A DNA stretch of 64,000 bases from Planctomycetota bacterium (GCA_003389215.1 QQVP01000045.1:4535-68534); one strand, 5' to 3'; numbered from the stretch's first letter, positions 1 to 10,248 are shown. Numbers and translations are program-made. The notes: a model not told the origin generated them from the letters alone.

Positions 1-850
1 CCGGGGGTCGGTTGCGGTCAAGCGGCTGCGGCGAGGCGGCGCGGAGGGGACTGGGGGGCGGCGCGGCGCTGGGCAAGCCACTGCCGAGTCGGGTCGCGCC
101 CGCGCCTCCGGCCGGCAGCGCGGCCGGGGCAGCATAGCCTGAAGAACGATCCTCGGTCGTTCGGGTCGGGGTGGTCGAGGGACCGGCCGGGGCCGCAGGT
201 GCGGCGGCGAAGCCGGGGGCGGCGCTACCAGGAAGCGGAGCGCCACGGCCAGGCAGCGGGGCGCCGCTTTCAGGCAGAGGGGCTTCACTCTCGCCGGCCG
301 CCGGCGCAGCGGCCGGAAGATCCGCCTGCGGCGGCTCATAGGCCGCCGCCGGCGTCGCCATCGGTCGGGCATCGCCGGCAACTTCCAGGGTGGCCGGTTC
401 CGCGCTGGGCGGCGCCTGGGACGAACTGGGCGGTTCGTATCCCGAATTCGCCGACCGCGCGCGGAGTTGATTGTAGGGAGTCCCTTCGGCCGAGGCGGCA
501 GGCCGACGCACGGTGTTCATCACCGAGGGCGACGGCGCGCTGGGCGCGGAGTCGGCTTCGACTTCCGCCGACGCCAGGCGAACCTGTCCCGGCGCCGAAG
601 CCGGAATCGACGAGTCGAGCATCTGGGCGCTCAACTTGCTGGGGCCGAACGGATCGCTGGTCGACGAGGCGCTGCTCGCCGCACCACTGCGAATGGGCGG
701 GGGCGTGCCCTCCGGCGCGGCGATGGCGGCGGTGGTGGGCTCGCTCGGCGTGGCCGCGTCTTGGCCGCGTTGGGCCTGGGCGTAGTAGGCCAGCAGTCCG
801 GTTCCGACGACTCCGGTGACCAAGGAGGAGCGAACGAAAAAGCGCTTCAT
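1..850 (-). CDS. Hypothetical secreted or membrane-anchored Pro/Ala/Ser-rich protein (N-terminal part only; continues past the left edge)
   Basis: Absent from the ORF track because it has no stop in the window. ATG at 850..848 on the minus strand gives MKRFFVRSSLVTGVVGTGLLAYYAQAQ (signal/anchor-like), followed by low-complexity P/A/S-rich sequence. I checked that no TTA/CTA/TCA occurs in this register between 1 and 850, so the frame is open to the edge. The competing ORFs 199..819(+) and 336..1160(-) are Arg-rich and shadow-like. Confidence 0.5.
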   Translation of the reverse strand, partial: MKRFFVRSSLVTGVVGTGLLAYYAQAQRGQDAATPSEPTTAAIAAPEGTPPPIRSGAASSASSTSDPFGPSKLSAQMLDSSIPASAPGQVRLASAEVEADSAPSAPSPSVMNTVRRPAASAEGTPYNQLRARSANSGYEPPSSSQAPPSAEPATLEVAGDARPMATPAAAYEPPQADLPAAAPAAGESEAPLPESGAPLPGRGAPLPGSAAPGFAAAPAAPAGPSTTPTRTTEDRSSGYAAPAALPAGGAGATRLGSGLPSAAPPPSPLRAASPQPLDRNRPP

Positions 851-1038
851 GGCATCGTTCCCACAGCAGGAAGTTGGTTGGATTGGTTCGAAGTGGTATC
901 GCGAACGCGCAGCGTCGCGCAATGGGGAACCGGGGCGCAGCCACTTGCCACGTGGTGAGCCACCGGTCCGCGAGGCGGGTAAGTACCAAATCGGCCACGC
1001 CCGTGAAAGGGCAAGTTGCCGGGGACGTGGGGCGACAC

Positions 1039-1174
1039 GGCTGGCACTGGCTTTGCCGGTGTTGAGCCCAGCTAGCTTGGAAAGGGGTGGCACTGGCTCC
1101 GCCAGTGCATGGTTTCAACTGAGCTAGCAGACCTGCATGGCCAATACAGGTGGGTGGCACTGGCTCCGCCAGGG
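1039..1174 (+). repeat. Three REP-like hairpin units (GGGTGG-CACTGGC-N3-GCCAGTG), 3' of the RAYT gene
   Basis: Units at 1039-1061 (degenerate: GGCTGG CACTGGC ttt GCCGGTG), 1085-1107 (GGGTGG CACTGGC tcc GCCAGTG) and 1152-1174 (GGGTGG CACTGGC tcc GCCAGGG). Each has a 7-bp perfect or near-perfect stem, a 3-nt loop and a G-rich 5' tail. Confidence 0.65.
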
Positions 1175-1187
1175 CAAGATCGCCGTA

Positions 1188-1790
1188 CTACAATTCCCCA
1201 CCTTCCAGGTATTCGGGCGGCAGTCCTTGCAGCTTTGGCAAGTCTGGGTCTTGGCTCATGGGCGGGTCGCCATGGTAGAAACCTGCGCTGGACCATCTCC
1301 AATCCACAGCACGAGAGCACAATTCACGAGACACCGGGTTCGCGTGAATGTAGTCCATCGACTTCGCGATCGCCGTCGGCGAGGCAAGATTGCGATCGTA
1401 TCCCGATCCTCTCTGCCAAAATCGAAAGCATGTCTTGCCCGGTCTCTCGCGAACCATGAGACGCGAAAGCAACGACGAATGACCGGCGGTGAGCAACTCT
1501 CGAATCTGCTTGGAAAAAGGCTGCTTGACTCGCGCGAGGTAACGCCCGATGTTCGTCGGGTCGGTCAGCGGCATGACTAAGAGGTGCACGTGATTCGGCA
1601 TGAATACGAACGCCGTCAAGGCGATCGCCTCTTCGTGTCCGGCAGCGTCGAGGCAACGGGCTAGCCTGATTCGCCAAGCATCGTTCGACAAGAGACGGAG
1701 ACCTCGATAACACGAGAAGGTCAGTTCGTGGAGGTGACCGCGCTCGTGAACGCGCTTGATCCGCTTTCGATACTGACCACCAACTTTCAT
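1188..1790 (-). CDS. REP-associated tyrosine transposase (RAYT; IS200-like Y1 HUH transposase)
   Basis: HUH motif FMPNHVHLLV and catalytic-Tyr motif MDYIHANPV. The N-terminus has HELTFSCYRGLRLL. Start placed at the internal ATG 1790 (MKVGGQYRKR...) rather than the ORF-track start 1880. Stop is TAG at 1190..1188. Flanked by inverted REP-like hairpins. Confidence 0.85.
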   Translation of the reverse strand: MKVGGQYRKRIKRVHERGHLHELTFSCYRGLRLLSNDAWRIRLARCLDAAGHEEAIALTAFVFMPNHVHLLVMPLTDPTNIGRYLARVKQPFSKQIRELLTAGHSSLLSRLMVRERPGKTCFRFWQRGSGYDRNLASPTAIAKSMDYIHANPVSRELCSRAVDWRWSSAGFYHGDPPMSQDPDLPKLQGLPPEYLEGGEL

Positions 1791-1859
1791 AAGAGTTGGT
1801 TCTATATCGTGAGACGAAGCAGTGCAATTTGCGGTTTGCCGCAACTTGTCACTCGCGAG

Positions 1860-2062
1860 CACTGGCCAAGCCAGTGCCACCCAACCTCACACCAGCACTG
1901 GCAGAGCCAGTGCCACCCAGCTTCGCACCAGCGTTGGCAGAACCAGTGCCACCCGACCACACACCAGCACTAGCAGAGCCCGTGCCACCCAGCTTCGCAC
2001 CAGCATTGGCGAAGGCGGTGCCACCCAACCTCACGCCAGCACTGGCAGCGCCCGTGCCACCA
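1860..2062 (+). repeat. Tandem array of six REP-like units with an exact 36-bp period (CACTGGC-N3-GCCAGTG-CCACCC plus a 13-nt linker)
   Basis: Unit starts at 1860, 1896, 1932, 1968, 2004 and 2040. Units 1-2 are perfect hairpins and units 3-6 are progressively degenerate. Orientation is opposite to the 1039..1174 copies (C-rich tail 3' of the hairpin). The array lies between the RAYT start and the flagellin stop. Confidence 0.8.
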
Positions 2063-2083
2063 AGACGAGAACAGGGAGGCTCG

Positions 2084-2947
2084 CTAGATCTCGTCGAGCA
2101 GCAGACCGGTGAGCCGGTGACGCTCGCCGGCAATCTGCACCGTGGCAATCGCGGCCCGTTGGATGAGCTCGAAACGCACGCGATTGGCTGTCTCCAGAGC
2201 CAGGTCGGCGTCGTAGAGCATGCTCAGTGCGCCGGAGAGCTGCTGACGCAGACTTCCCAACGTGTTGCGGGACGCGTCGAGTGTGGCCCGCTCGAAGCTG
2301 CCGATGTCGCCCCGGGCCTTGTTCACGGTCGACCGTGCCGAATTCAACACGCTCTGCGTGAGGCCCGCATTACCACGACGGAGCGACAGAAGGCCGCTGC
2401 TGGTCAACTGGGAGAGGGTGCCGTCGCTGTTACCAAGTTGGGCCGCCGAGATGGTCGGCAGTGACAGCGAGACCGTGTTGGCAAGATCGGGACTGAAAGC
2501 AAAGGTCAGCGAACGGCTCGAGCCGTCGAGCAAGCGCTGGCCGCCGAGTTGCGTGTTGGACCCGATGCGATTGATCGCCTCGACAGCCGCGTCGACTTCG
2601 GTCTGATAGGCGGCGACTTCGGCGTCGCTCAGTCCGCCGGCCGCCGTGGCGACGACGGCCTGTTCGATCGTGTTGAGCAGCGAGCCGACCTGGCTCAATC
2701 CGGTGTCGGCCACGGCGGCTGTCGCGGTGGCTCGCGCGGCGTTGCGGTCGGCGGCTTCGATCGCTGCGAGTTCCGCACGAATCTGCTCGCTGGCGATCAG
2801 GCCTGCCGGGTCGTCGGCCGCACGATTGATGCGGACCAGCGTCGAGAGCCGCTCGGTGGTTTGCTGCAGCTGATCGGACGCGTTGAGTAAGTAGTTCCGC
2901 TGCACCGACAGATCGGCGGCGGAGATTCCGCTGGAGATGCGGCCCAT
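2084..2947 (-). CDS. fliC: Flagellin family protein
   Basis: 287 aa. Flagellin N-domain signature LVRINRAADDPAGLIASEQIRAEL. C-terminal helical domain DADLALETANRVRFELIQRAAIATVQIA. ATG start at 2947. Confidence 0.85.
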   Translation of the reverse strand: MGRISSGISAADLSVQRNYLLNASDQLQQTTERLSTLVRINRAADDPAGLIASEQIRAELAAIEAADRNAARATATAAVADTGLSQVGSLLNTIEQAVVATAAGGLSDAEVAAYQTEVDAAVEAINRIGSNTQLGGQRLLDGSSRSLTFAFSPDLANTVSLSLPTISAAQLGNSDGTLSQLTSSGLLSLRRGNAGLTQSVLNSARSTVNKARGDIGSFERATLDASRNTLGSLRQQLSGALSMLYDADLALETANRVRFELIQRAAIATVQIAGERHRLTGLLLDEI

Positions 2948-2972
2948 GCGAGAGTGCCCCGGGTGTTGCTTC

Positions 2973-3009
2973 AGAGTTGACTATCTACGAACGAGGTCAT
3001 CTCAACTCT
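2973..3009 (-). promoter_or_regulatory. Inverted repeat in the flagellin 5' leader (AGAGTTGA-N21-TCAACTCT)
   Basis: 8-bp perfect arms at 2973-2980 and 3002-3009, 26 nt upstream of the fliC ATG. Function unknown. Confidence 0.25.
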
Positions 3010-3388
3010 AGCCCGTGAATGCCTGCCATATTGGCAGTCGTGAGCGGCAACGGCGGGGTTGGATGGCGGCGGGACTGCCAGTTCCGCGGGACGGGAATCT
3101 GCGGTGAACTTGGCGTCGAATTGCTAAGTCAAGCCGCGGCATAGGGTTGTCGCGATCTCGTTCGATATTGGCGCGCTGATTGCTTTCCCACCGTGCGTCC
3201 GCGCTATGCGTGCGCATTTTGGCAGAGTCCTCAGCGGATCGGCCACTGACAAAATTGCCCGGCGATCCGCGTGCCGCCCGGCATCTCGATATCCCGAAGT
3301 TCCGCTCGGGCCAACCGGCCTCGCAACACGAGTCCTAAAGACCCCACCAGCACACATTCCAGACAACTTATTCGGAGGAGACGTATCT

Positions 3389-3700
3389 ATGGCAACGGCG
3401 ACCAAGTCGAAGACAAAGCTTCAACCCCTGGGCGATCGCGTCGTGGTCCAGCGCGAGCAGTCGGAAGAGACGACGGCCGGCGGTATCGTGCTGCCCGATT
3501 CGGCCCAGGACAAGCCGTCTCGCGGCACCGTGATCAGCGTCGGCAACGGCAAGCTGTTGGACGATGGCAGCCGCGGTCAATTGCAGGTCAGCGAAGGCGA
3601 CCGCGTCCTCTTCAGCAGCTATGCGGGCGAGGCCTTTCGCGTCGGCGACGACGAGCTGCTGCTGATGCGCGAGGATGACATCCTGGCCGTGATCGAGTAA
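3389..3700 (+). CDS. groES: Co-chaperonin GroES
   Basis: 103 aa: [60 protein letters not shown] Shine-Dalgarno 6 nt upstream of ATG 3389. The ORF-track start 3206 is an upstream extension. Confidence 0.95.
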   Translation: MATATKSKTKLQPLGDRVVVQREQSEETTAGGIVLPDSAQDKPSRGTVISVGNGKLLDDGSRGQLQVSEGDRVLFSSYAGEAFRVGDDELLLMREDDILAVIE

Positions 3701-5428
<1,728 letters not shown>

Positions 5429-5499
5429 ACGTGTCACCCGATCGGCCGCGTTGCCGATCGTTCGCATCGCGTGACGGGAAGAACTTGACGTTCCGCCCC

Positions 5500-5546
5500 A
5501 AGCCCGCGAGCGGTGCTCGATAGGAGCGCCCCGCGGGCTTTTTTCG
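5500..5546 (+). terminator. Intrinsic terminator after groEL
   Basis: AAGCCCGCG ... CGCGGGCTT stem followed by TTTTTC, about 70 nt after the groEL stop. Confidence 0.7.
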
Positions 5547-5681
5547 TACGCTTGCGCGCGTCGTGGGCGTGGTCAACGCACGATGCACCCGCAGAGCCTG
5601 ATGCCATGAAAGGGTGGTCCTGCTGGTGGTTTATTGACCCCGGCTCAGCGGAAGCTCTGCCCACCAACTCCGGGCGGCCTC

Positions 5682-6683
5682 CTACTCAGGCAGCACGTCG
5701 CGGACAAACTCGACCCGCGGCGGATGTTGGCCCGGGGCGTCGACTCGCAGAAATTCGGAAACGTAACGCTGCCGCTTCTTGTGATGCGGCACCTTGAAGT
5801 TGTCGCCCTTCTGCAGAATCACCCGATGTTCGGGCATGCTGCCAAAGGCCCGGTCGCCCGCCGCCTGGCAGGGGAACCAGTGGCCGTTGCCTTTGGCGTC
5901 TTCCAGATAGAACTCGGGATAGCAGTGGCCTGGGATCCAGACGGTGCGGGCCGGAATGTCGTTGATGCGGCAGAGGGCGATGAACAGCGAACTCAGCTCT
6001 TCACAGTCGCCGGTGCCGTCTTTGAGCGCCTGATAGGCGCCCTTGAGCGGACCGTCCTGATAGGTGACGTGCTCGCGAACCCAATCGTAAATCGACTCGA
6101 CCTTCTGCCAGTCGGTCTCGTCACTCCAGCCGGCGGCCAACTCTTCGGCGACTTTGCGAATTTTGACGTTGCGGGTTTCGATAAAGGGGCTCGCCAACAG
6201 GAACGGCTTCAAAGAACGATCGACCTTGGCGGGAATCGTGAAGCCATCGGTCTGCTCGGGGGCGAGAATGGCGTGCCGCTCGACTTCCAGCGTGACGAAG
6301 GCTTCGGCCGTGCCCCCTTTCTCGACGAAGGGAATCGTCACCTCCATTTGCTTCATGGTCTTGCCGAGCGTGCGAAAGCGAACCCGCTTCACGTGCCGCG
6401 AGGCTTCTTCATCGACGATCTTCACCCGTTGCTCGGGCCACTCGATCGGAATCGGCGTGGTGCCATACACGCCGCGTAGCGGTCCGCCGGTCGAGCGAAT
6501 GATGATGCCGACCTTCAGCCTGACGGTGCGGGCCTCGTCGAGCCGAATGCCGCTGCTGGCCTCGGCGGCCTCCTCGGGCGTCTCGTCGAATTGCCCGCGG
6601 GCTGGCGGCGCGGCGGCGAAGAGCAGGAGCAGTGCCAGCAATGCTGGCCAGCGGCGCCATCGTGCGGGAGGCGAATGGGTCAT
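5682..6683 (-). CDS. Secreted transglutaminase-like (papain-fold) protein
   Basis: Transglutaminase-core Cys motif GTGDCEELSSLFIALCR with downstream His/Asp context (IPGHCYPEFY). Start placed at ATG 6683, giving MTHSPPARWRRWPALLALLLLFAAAPPARGQ (signal peptide). The ORF-track start 6908 is an extension. Confidence 0.75.
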   Translation of the reverse strand: MTHSPPARWRRWPALLALLLLFAAAPPARGQFDETPEEAAEASSGIRLDEARTVRLKVGIIIRSTGGPLRGVYGTTPIPIEWPEQRVKIVDEEASRHVKRVRFRTLGKTMKQMEVTIPFVEKGGTAEAFVTLEVERHAILAPEQTDGFTIPAKVDRSLKPFLLASPFIETRNVKIRKVAEELAAGWSDETDWQKVESIYDWVREHVTYQDGPLKGAYQALKDGTGDCEELSSLFIALCRINDIPARTVWIPGHCYPEFYLEDAKGNGHWFPCQAAGDRAFGSMPEHRVILQKGDNFKVPHHKKRQRYVSEFLRVDAPGQHPPRVEFVRDVLPE

Positions 6684-6838
6684 CGGGCGATCTCGCGGTG
6701 GCGCAAGCGGTCGTGGACAGAGGGGACGGCGGACGGGACCCGCAGCCCCACACCACCCTTCTATCTTAATCCCACCGTCATCGCCCGGGCCACTTTCGTA
6801 GGTCCCGTTGGCGTCGCTCCGCTCGCGTCGGGCGGCGC

Positions 6839-7069
6839 CTAGCTGGCCGGCGGCAGGATGAGCTCTTCGCCCACGGTACTGGTGATGGCGTCCGATCCGC
6901 CACCGCACGAGCTGCAGCCCGACTCGCCACAGCTATCGCAGCAAGCGTCGCACGAAGAATTGCCGAACAAACCCCGGCCAAAGAGCCGATGTCCGCCACA
7001 GGTACCACAGCATCCAGACGTTACGACCGTTGCCGTCGCCAGGACCGACAGAATCAGAAGCCTCTTCAT
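6839..7069 (-). CDS. Small Cys-rich secreted peptide or possible lipoprotein (76 aa, 9 Cys)
   Basis: MKRLLILSVLATATVVTSG|CCGTCGGHRLFGRGLFGNSSCDACCDSCGESGCSSCGGG... has a signal peptide with a lipobox-like TSGC. GGAGAA Shine-Dalgarno 6 nt upstream of ATG 7069 (the track start 7072 is a GTG one codon upstream). Confidence 0.6.
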   Translation of the reverse strand: MKRLLILSVLATATVVTSGCCGTCGGHRLFGRGLFGNSSCDACCDSCGESGCSSCGGGSDAITSTVGEELILPPAS

Positions 7070-7315
7070 CACGCGTTCTCCGTTCGCTCTTGTTCCGTCC
7101 CGCCCGAGCAGTCAGCCGCGGCAAGTATGCCGATGATGCGGGACAGGAAACTCTACAACATGCACCGTGATGTGCAAACGCAACAGGCGTAAATTTTTTC
7201 CAACTTTCGCGCGTCGAAAAATCTCCTCGTGACAACCTACGTGGTAGATTTTCAACACGGCCCACGATTCACCACCCGCGCGGCAGCGACACGCCGTTCA
7301 CCGCCTCGACCAGCC

Positions 7316-8434
7316 ATGACGAACTTGCAGTTGCCCAGGGCTTGTCGCGCGGAGTCTCGCCCCGCCGCAGCGACCGTCGTGTGGCGCGCGTTGCTGCTCG
7401 GCTGGTTGATTGCCGGCGTGCTATTGCTGCCTCGCCCGACCGTCGCGGCGGAAAACGTCGCGAGCGACTGTCCGGACTGCGAACCGGCCAAGAAGAAATG
7501 CCCGCCACGGGAAGACGACTTGTGGATCATCTCGACCCGCGGGGCGCCCTGCCTGTCGAGCTTCGAGGCGGCACATCCCACGCTCGTCTTCTTACGCTTT
7601 GATTACCAATCGGAGCGCTGGCTGCACGCGGCGCCGGAGACCTTTTTCTCCGGGCCGGATGCCACGCTACCGACCACGTTCTGGTCGCACGGCGACCGGG
7701 TCGAGGACGCGGACGTGATCAGCGTCGGCATGTCGGTTTACCAGCGCCTGGTTAAGTGCCAGAAGGTCGAGCGGATTCGCTACGTGATCTGGTCCTGGCC
7801 GTCCACGAAGCTCTACACCGGACGTCCCATCAAAGATGCCGCGCAAAAGTCAAGCTACGCGCTGGAAGACGGCTATCGACTCGGCTGGGTGCTGGCCCGG
7901 TTGCCGCGGGAAACCCGCGTCGGCATGGCCGGTTACAGCTCGGGCGGACGCGTTCTGACCGGGGCGCTGCATTTGATGGGGGGTGGCTCGCTGTTGGGCT
8001 ATCGTGTGCTCGATCGCCGGGCGGCGGTCGGTCCGCCACGCTACACGGTCGTCATCCTGGCGCCGGCGATCGGCAGCTGTGCCTTCGAGCCAGGCCGGCG
8101 ATTCGAAAAGGCCCCCTCGCAAGTCAAGCGGATGTTGCTGCTGAACAACTACTGCGACCGTGTACTGCAGTACTTTCCCAAGCTCTACGGCGAGGATGCG
8201 ATCGGCTATGTTGGCCTGAACAATCCGGCGGCGCTCGGCGAGCACGCCAAGCGGATTTACGAGTTCGACGTCTGCGGCGTCTTGGGTCCCCAACATCGCT
8301 GGTGGAACTATGTCTACTCGAATACGGTGTTGCCGAAGATTCGGGCGTATAGTTTGCCGTCGCTCTGGCCGGTCGAAGCGACCGACGACGAAGCCCCGCG
8401 GCCGATGACCGTCTCCACACCCGCCGGCTCGTAA
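7316..8434 (+). CDS. Alpha/beta hydrolase, DUF900-like
   Basis: Ordered motifs FWSHG, WSWPS and the nucleophile-elbow-like GMAGYSSGG match the layout I know for the DUF900 family. N-terminal hydrophobic segment (VVWRALLLGWLIAGVLLL). Start at ATG 7316. Confidence 0.6.
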   Translation: MTNLQLPRACRAESRPAAATVVWRALLLGWLIAGVLLLPRPTVAAENVASDCPDCEPAKKKCPPREDDLWIISTRGAPCLSSFEAAHPTLVFLRFDYQSERWLHAAPETFFSGPDATLPTTFWSHGDRVEDADVISVGMSVYQRLVKCQKVERIRYVIWSWPSTKLYTGRPIKDAAQKSSYALEDGYRLGWVLARLPRETRVGMAGYSSGGRVLTGALHLMGGGSLLGYRVLDRRAAVGPPRYTVVILAPAIGSCAFEPGRRFEKAPSQVKRMLLLNNYCDRVLQYFPKLYGEDAIGYVGLNNPAALGEHAKRIYEFDVCGVLGPQHRWWNYVYSNTVLPKIRAYSLPSLWPVEATDDEAPRPMTVSTPAGS

Positions 8435-8515
8435 CAACAAATCGCTCGGCCGCCGCTCCGCGGCCCACGCACCTCCCCCGACGGCCCCACGTTGCCCCGG
8501 TGCGTCCGCCACCGA

Positions 8516-8521
8516 CATAAT
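8516..8521 (+). promoter_or_regulatory. -10-like box CATAAT, 6 nt upstream of the ATG (leaderless candidate)
   Basis: gacCATAATagggcgATG: no room for a Shine-Dalgarno and none visible. Confidence 0.3.
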
Positions 8522-8527
8522 AGGGCG

Positions 8528-9442
8528 ATGTCGCAACCGGTGGCCATTCTCGACGGGGACTTCGTTGCTCAAGAAGCAGCCCTGCTGCCGGTGTGGGACA
8601 ACGGGTTCGTGTTGGGCACGACCCTTGTCGAGCAGTTGCGGTCGTTCGGCGGCCAGATCGGTCATCTCGAACAGCATCTCACGCGGCTCTACCGATCGCT
8701 GGAACTGGTGGGGATCCAGCCGCCGCTGGCTGGCGAGGAGTTGGCCGACCTGGCCCGCGAGCTGGTTTCGCGAAACTGGTCGCTTGTCGATCCGGCCGAT
8801 GATTTGGGGCTGTCGATTTTCATCACGCCAGGTGACTCGCCTTCGATGACCGACGGCGACGTCGGGCGGCCGCGATTCTGTCTGCACACCTTTCCCTTGG
8901 CCTTTTGTCTGTGGGCCGACAAGTACGAAACGGGACAGAAGCTTGTCGTGACGCAGACGCAGCACATTCCCAATGAATGTTGGCCCGCCGAGATCAAGTG
9001 CCGCAGCCGCATGAACTACTTTCTGGCCGATCGCGAGGCCCGCGGGCGGGTGCCGGGCGCGCGGGCTCTACTACTCGACCCGGACGGTTTCGTCACCGAG
9101 GCATCGACGGCGAATGTCGTGCTCTATCGCGAAGGCGAAGGACTGGTGGTCCCGCCGACCGGGCACGTGCTACCCGGGGTGAGCGTCCGCACGCTGTTCG
9201 AGATCGCCGACGAACTCGGCATCGCCACGCACGAACAGGCGTTGCGGCCGGCCGATCTGCTCACCGTCGACGAGATGCTGCTCAGCAGCACCCCGTTCGG
9301 CATCGTGCCGGTCTCGGAAGTCGACGGGCAAGCGATTGGTGCGACCTGCCCCGGTCCGATGTTCCGGCGGCTGCTGGAGCGTTTCAGCCAACGGGTCGGC
9401 CTCGACATCGCGGCCCAGGCACGGGCATTCAGTCGCCGCTGA
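8528..9442 (+). CDS. Class IV (fold-type IV) PLP aminotransferase (branched-chain / D-amino acid / ADC-lyase family)
   Basis: 304 aa. Family-typical segments AEIKCRSRMNYFLADREA and GFVTEASTANVVLY ... LPGVSVRTL. Substrate not assignable from sequence alone. Confidence 0.75.
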   Translation: MSQPVAILDGDFVAQEAALLPVWDNGFVLGTTLVEQLRSFGGQIGHLEQHLTRLYRSLELVGIQPPLAGEELADLARELVSRNWSLVDPADDLGLSIFITPGDSPSMTDGDVGRPRFCLHTFPLAFCLWADKYETGQKLVVTQTQHIPNECWPAEIKCRSRMNYFLADREARGRVPGARALLLDPDGFVTEASTANVVLYREGEGLVVPPTGHVLPGVSVRTLFEIADELGIATHEQALRPADLLTVDEMLLSSTPFGIVPVSEVDGQAIGATCPGPMFRRLLERFSQRVGLDIAAQARAFSRR

Positions 9443-9460
9443 GCCACCTGAGCCGGGTTG

Positions 9461-9490
9461 CCGAAAGGCGACATCGGTCGCCCTTTCCGG
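9461..9490 (+). terminator. Hairpin just after the aminotransferase stop (no U-tract)
   Basis: GGCGAC-atcg-GTCGCC, extended by AAA/TTT with one bulge. Lacks a T-run, so termination activity is uncertain. Confidence 0.3.
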
Positions 9491-9817
9491 CCCCCTTGGG
9501 GCGTCACCGTGAGCGAGCCCGATACCCCCACTATCGAGCGGATCTCTCCTGTTAGCCACGTAACCTGAACGCGGATGGGCGCTTACAGGCCCGCCAGGCT
9601 TTCCGCGGCCCGCGAGATTTCGACAGCGGTCGCAAATGGCGCAAGAATCGCTGTTCAATTGGCGACCAAATAGTTGCAAGCCCGAATTCGCTTAGATAAG
9701 CTGAAGGGGCTGGTGTGTTTGCAGCAGCATGTCGATCCGCGATACGGCAACCCAGTAGACGTAGATATCGACGCGTGGCGGCTAACGTCGTCACGACAGC
9801 AACTGACTCGGACAAAG

Positions 9818-9893
9818 AACGCCTGAACTTCTTCGAACCACGCCGGCGCGGGTGCGCTGCGTTGTGAGTTCGAGGGGTTTCAGGCGTTTTTTG
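9818..9893 (+). terminator. Strong orphan intrinsic-terminator-like structure inside a non-coding gap
   Basis: AACGCCTGAACTTCTTCGAAC ... GTTCGAGGGGTTTCAGGCGTT forms a helix of about 20 bp (including G-U pairs and one bulge) with a 29-nt structured loop, followed directly by TTTTTTGTT. No CDS ends nearby. Confidence 0.5.
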
Positions 9894-10053
9894 TTGCCTA
9901 AAAGAGAGCGTGAAATTGGGAGACTCCCGGCGATGGCCGCCAGCTGGCGGCGCCGGTCCGCTGAGGGAATTTGAGAGAGGCCCTGGGCGTGAGGCATCGA
10001 CGTGATGCCTTTGGAGAGAGTTTCGAGACTTTCGAGCAACAAGGAGTCGCTTC

Positions 10054-10248
10054 ATGAATCGTGACGATCTAGAGGATCTGATGGAGGAATACTCTGACGA
10101 CTCGCAAGCGGGCGCGCGACCGAAGCCGCAGCGGACCAGTTCCCAGCGGTTTTCCAAGCAACGACGCCGCGCTCCGCTCGGCATCCGTGGCCGCAGCAAC
10201 TTCCGCAGTGTCAGCAGCAGTGAGAAGCGCAGCCGACTGAGTGGGTAG
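10054..10248 (+). CDS. Possible small charged protein (64 aa)
   Basis: AAGGAG Shine-Dalgarno 7 nt upstream of the ATG. The N-terminal half is acidic and the C-terminal half is Arg/Ser-rich. Codon bias is weaker than in neighbouring genes and includes a rare CTA. No recognisable family. Confidence 0.3.
   Translation: MNRDDLEDLMEEYSDDSQAGARPKPQRTSSQRFSKQRRRAPLGIRGRSNFRSVSSSEKRSRLSG

Noticed and set aside
1860-2062. The 36-bp periodic array could be mistaken for a CRISPR array
   Set aside because: There are no unique spacers. The 13-nt linkers are themselves repeated (AACCTCACACCAG / AGCTTCGCACCAG alternating), the units are contiguous, and an HUH transposase rather than cas genes is adjacent. 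This is a REP array.
1796-2464. 222-aa ORF with a striking 12-aa repeat (ALAEPVPPSFAP x6)
   Set aside because: The repeat is the conceptual translation of the 36-bp REP hairpin array. The remainder of the ORF is antisense to the flagellin gene.
3105-3125. Sigma-54-like TGGCGTCGAATTGCT upstream of groES, and a search for CIRCE or sigma-32 boxes
   Set aside because: The GG-to-GC spacing is 9 nt instead of 10, and the site is about 265 nt from groES. No TTAGCACTC-N9-GAGTGCTAA and no CTTGAAA/CCCCAT pair were found.
9690-9895. tmRNA- or tRNA-like cues (GGGGCTG at about 9704, GTTCGAGG at about 9867)
   Set aside because: There is no acceptor stem or CCA-proximal sequence, no T-loop context (GGTTCGANTCC) and no plausible tag-peptide reading frame ending in ...AA-stop. 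The GTTCGA is simply one arm of the terminator-like helix.
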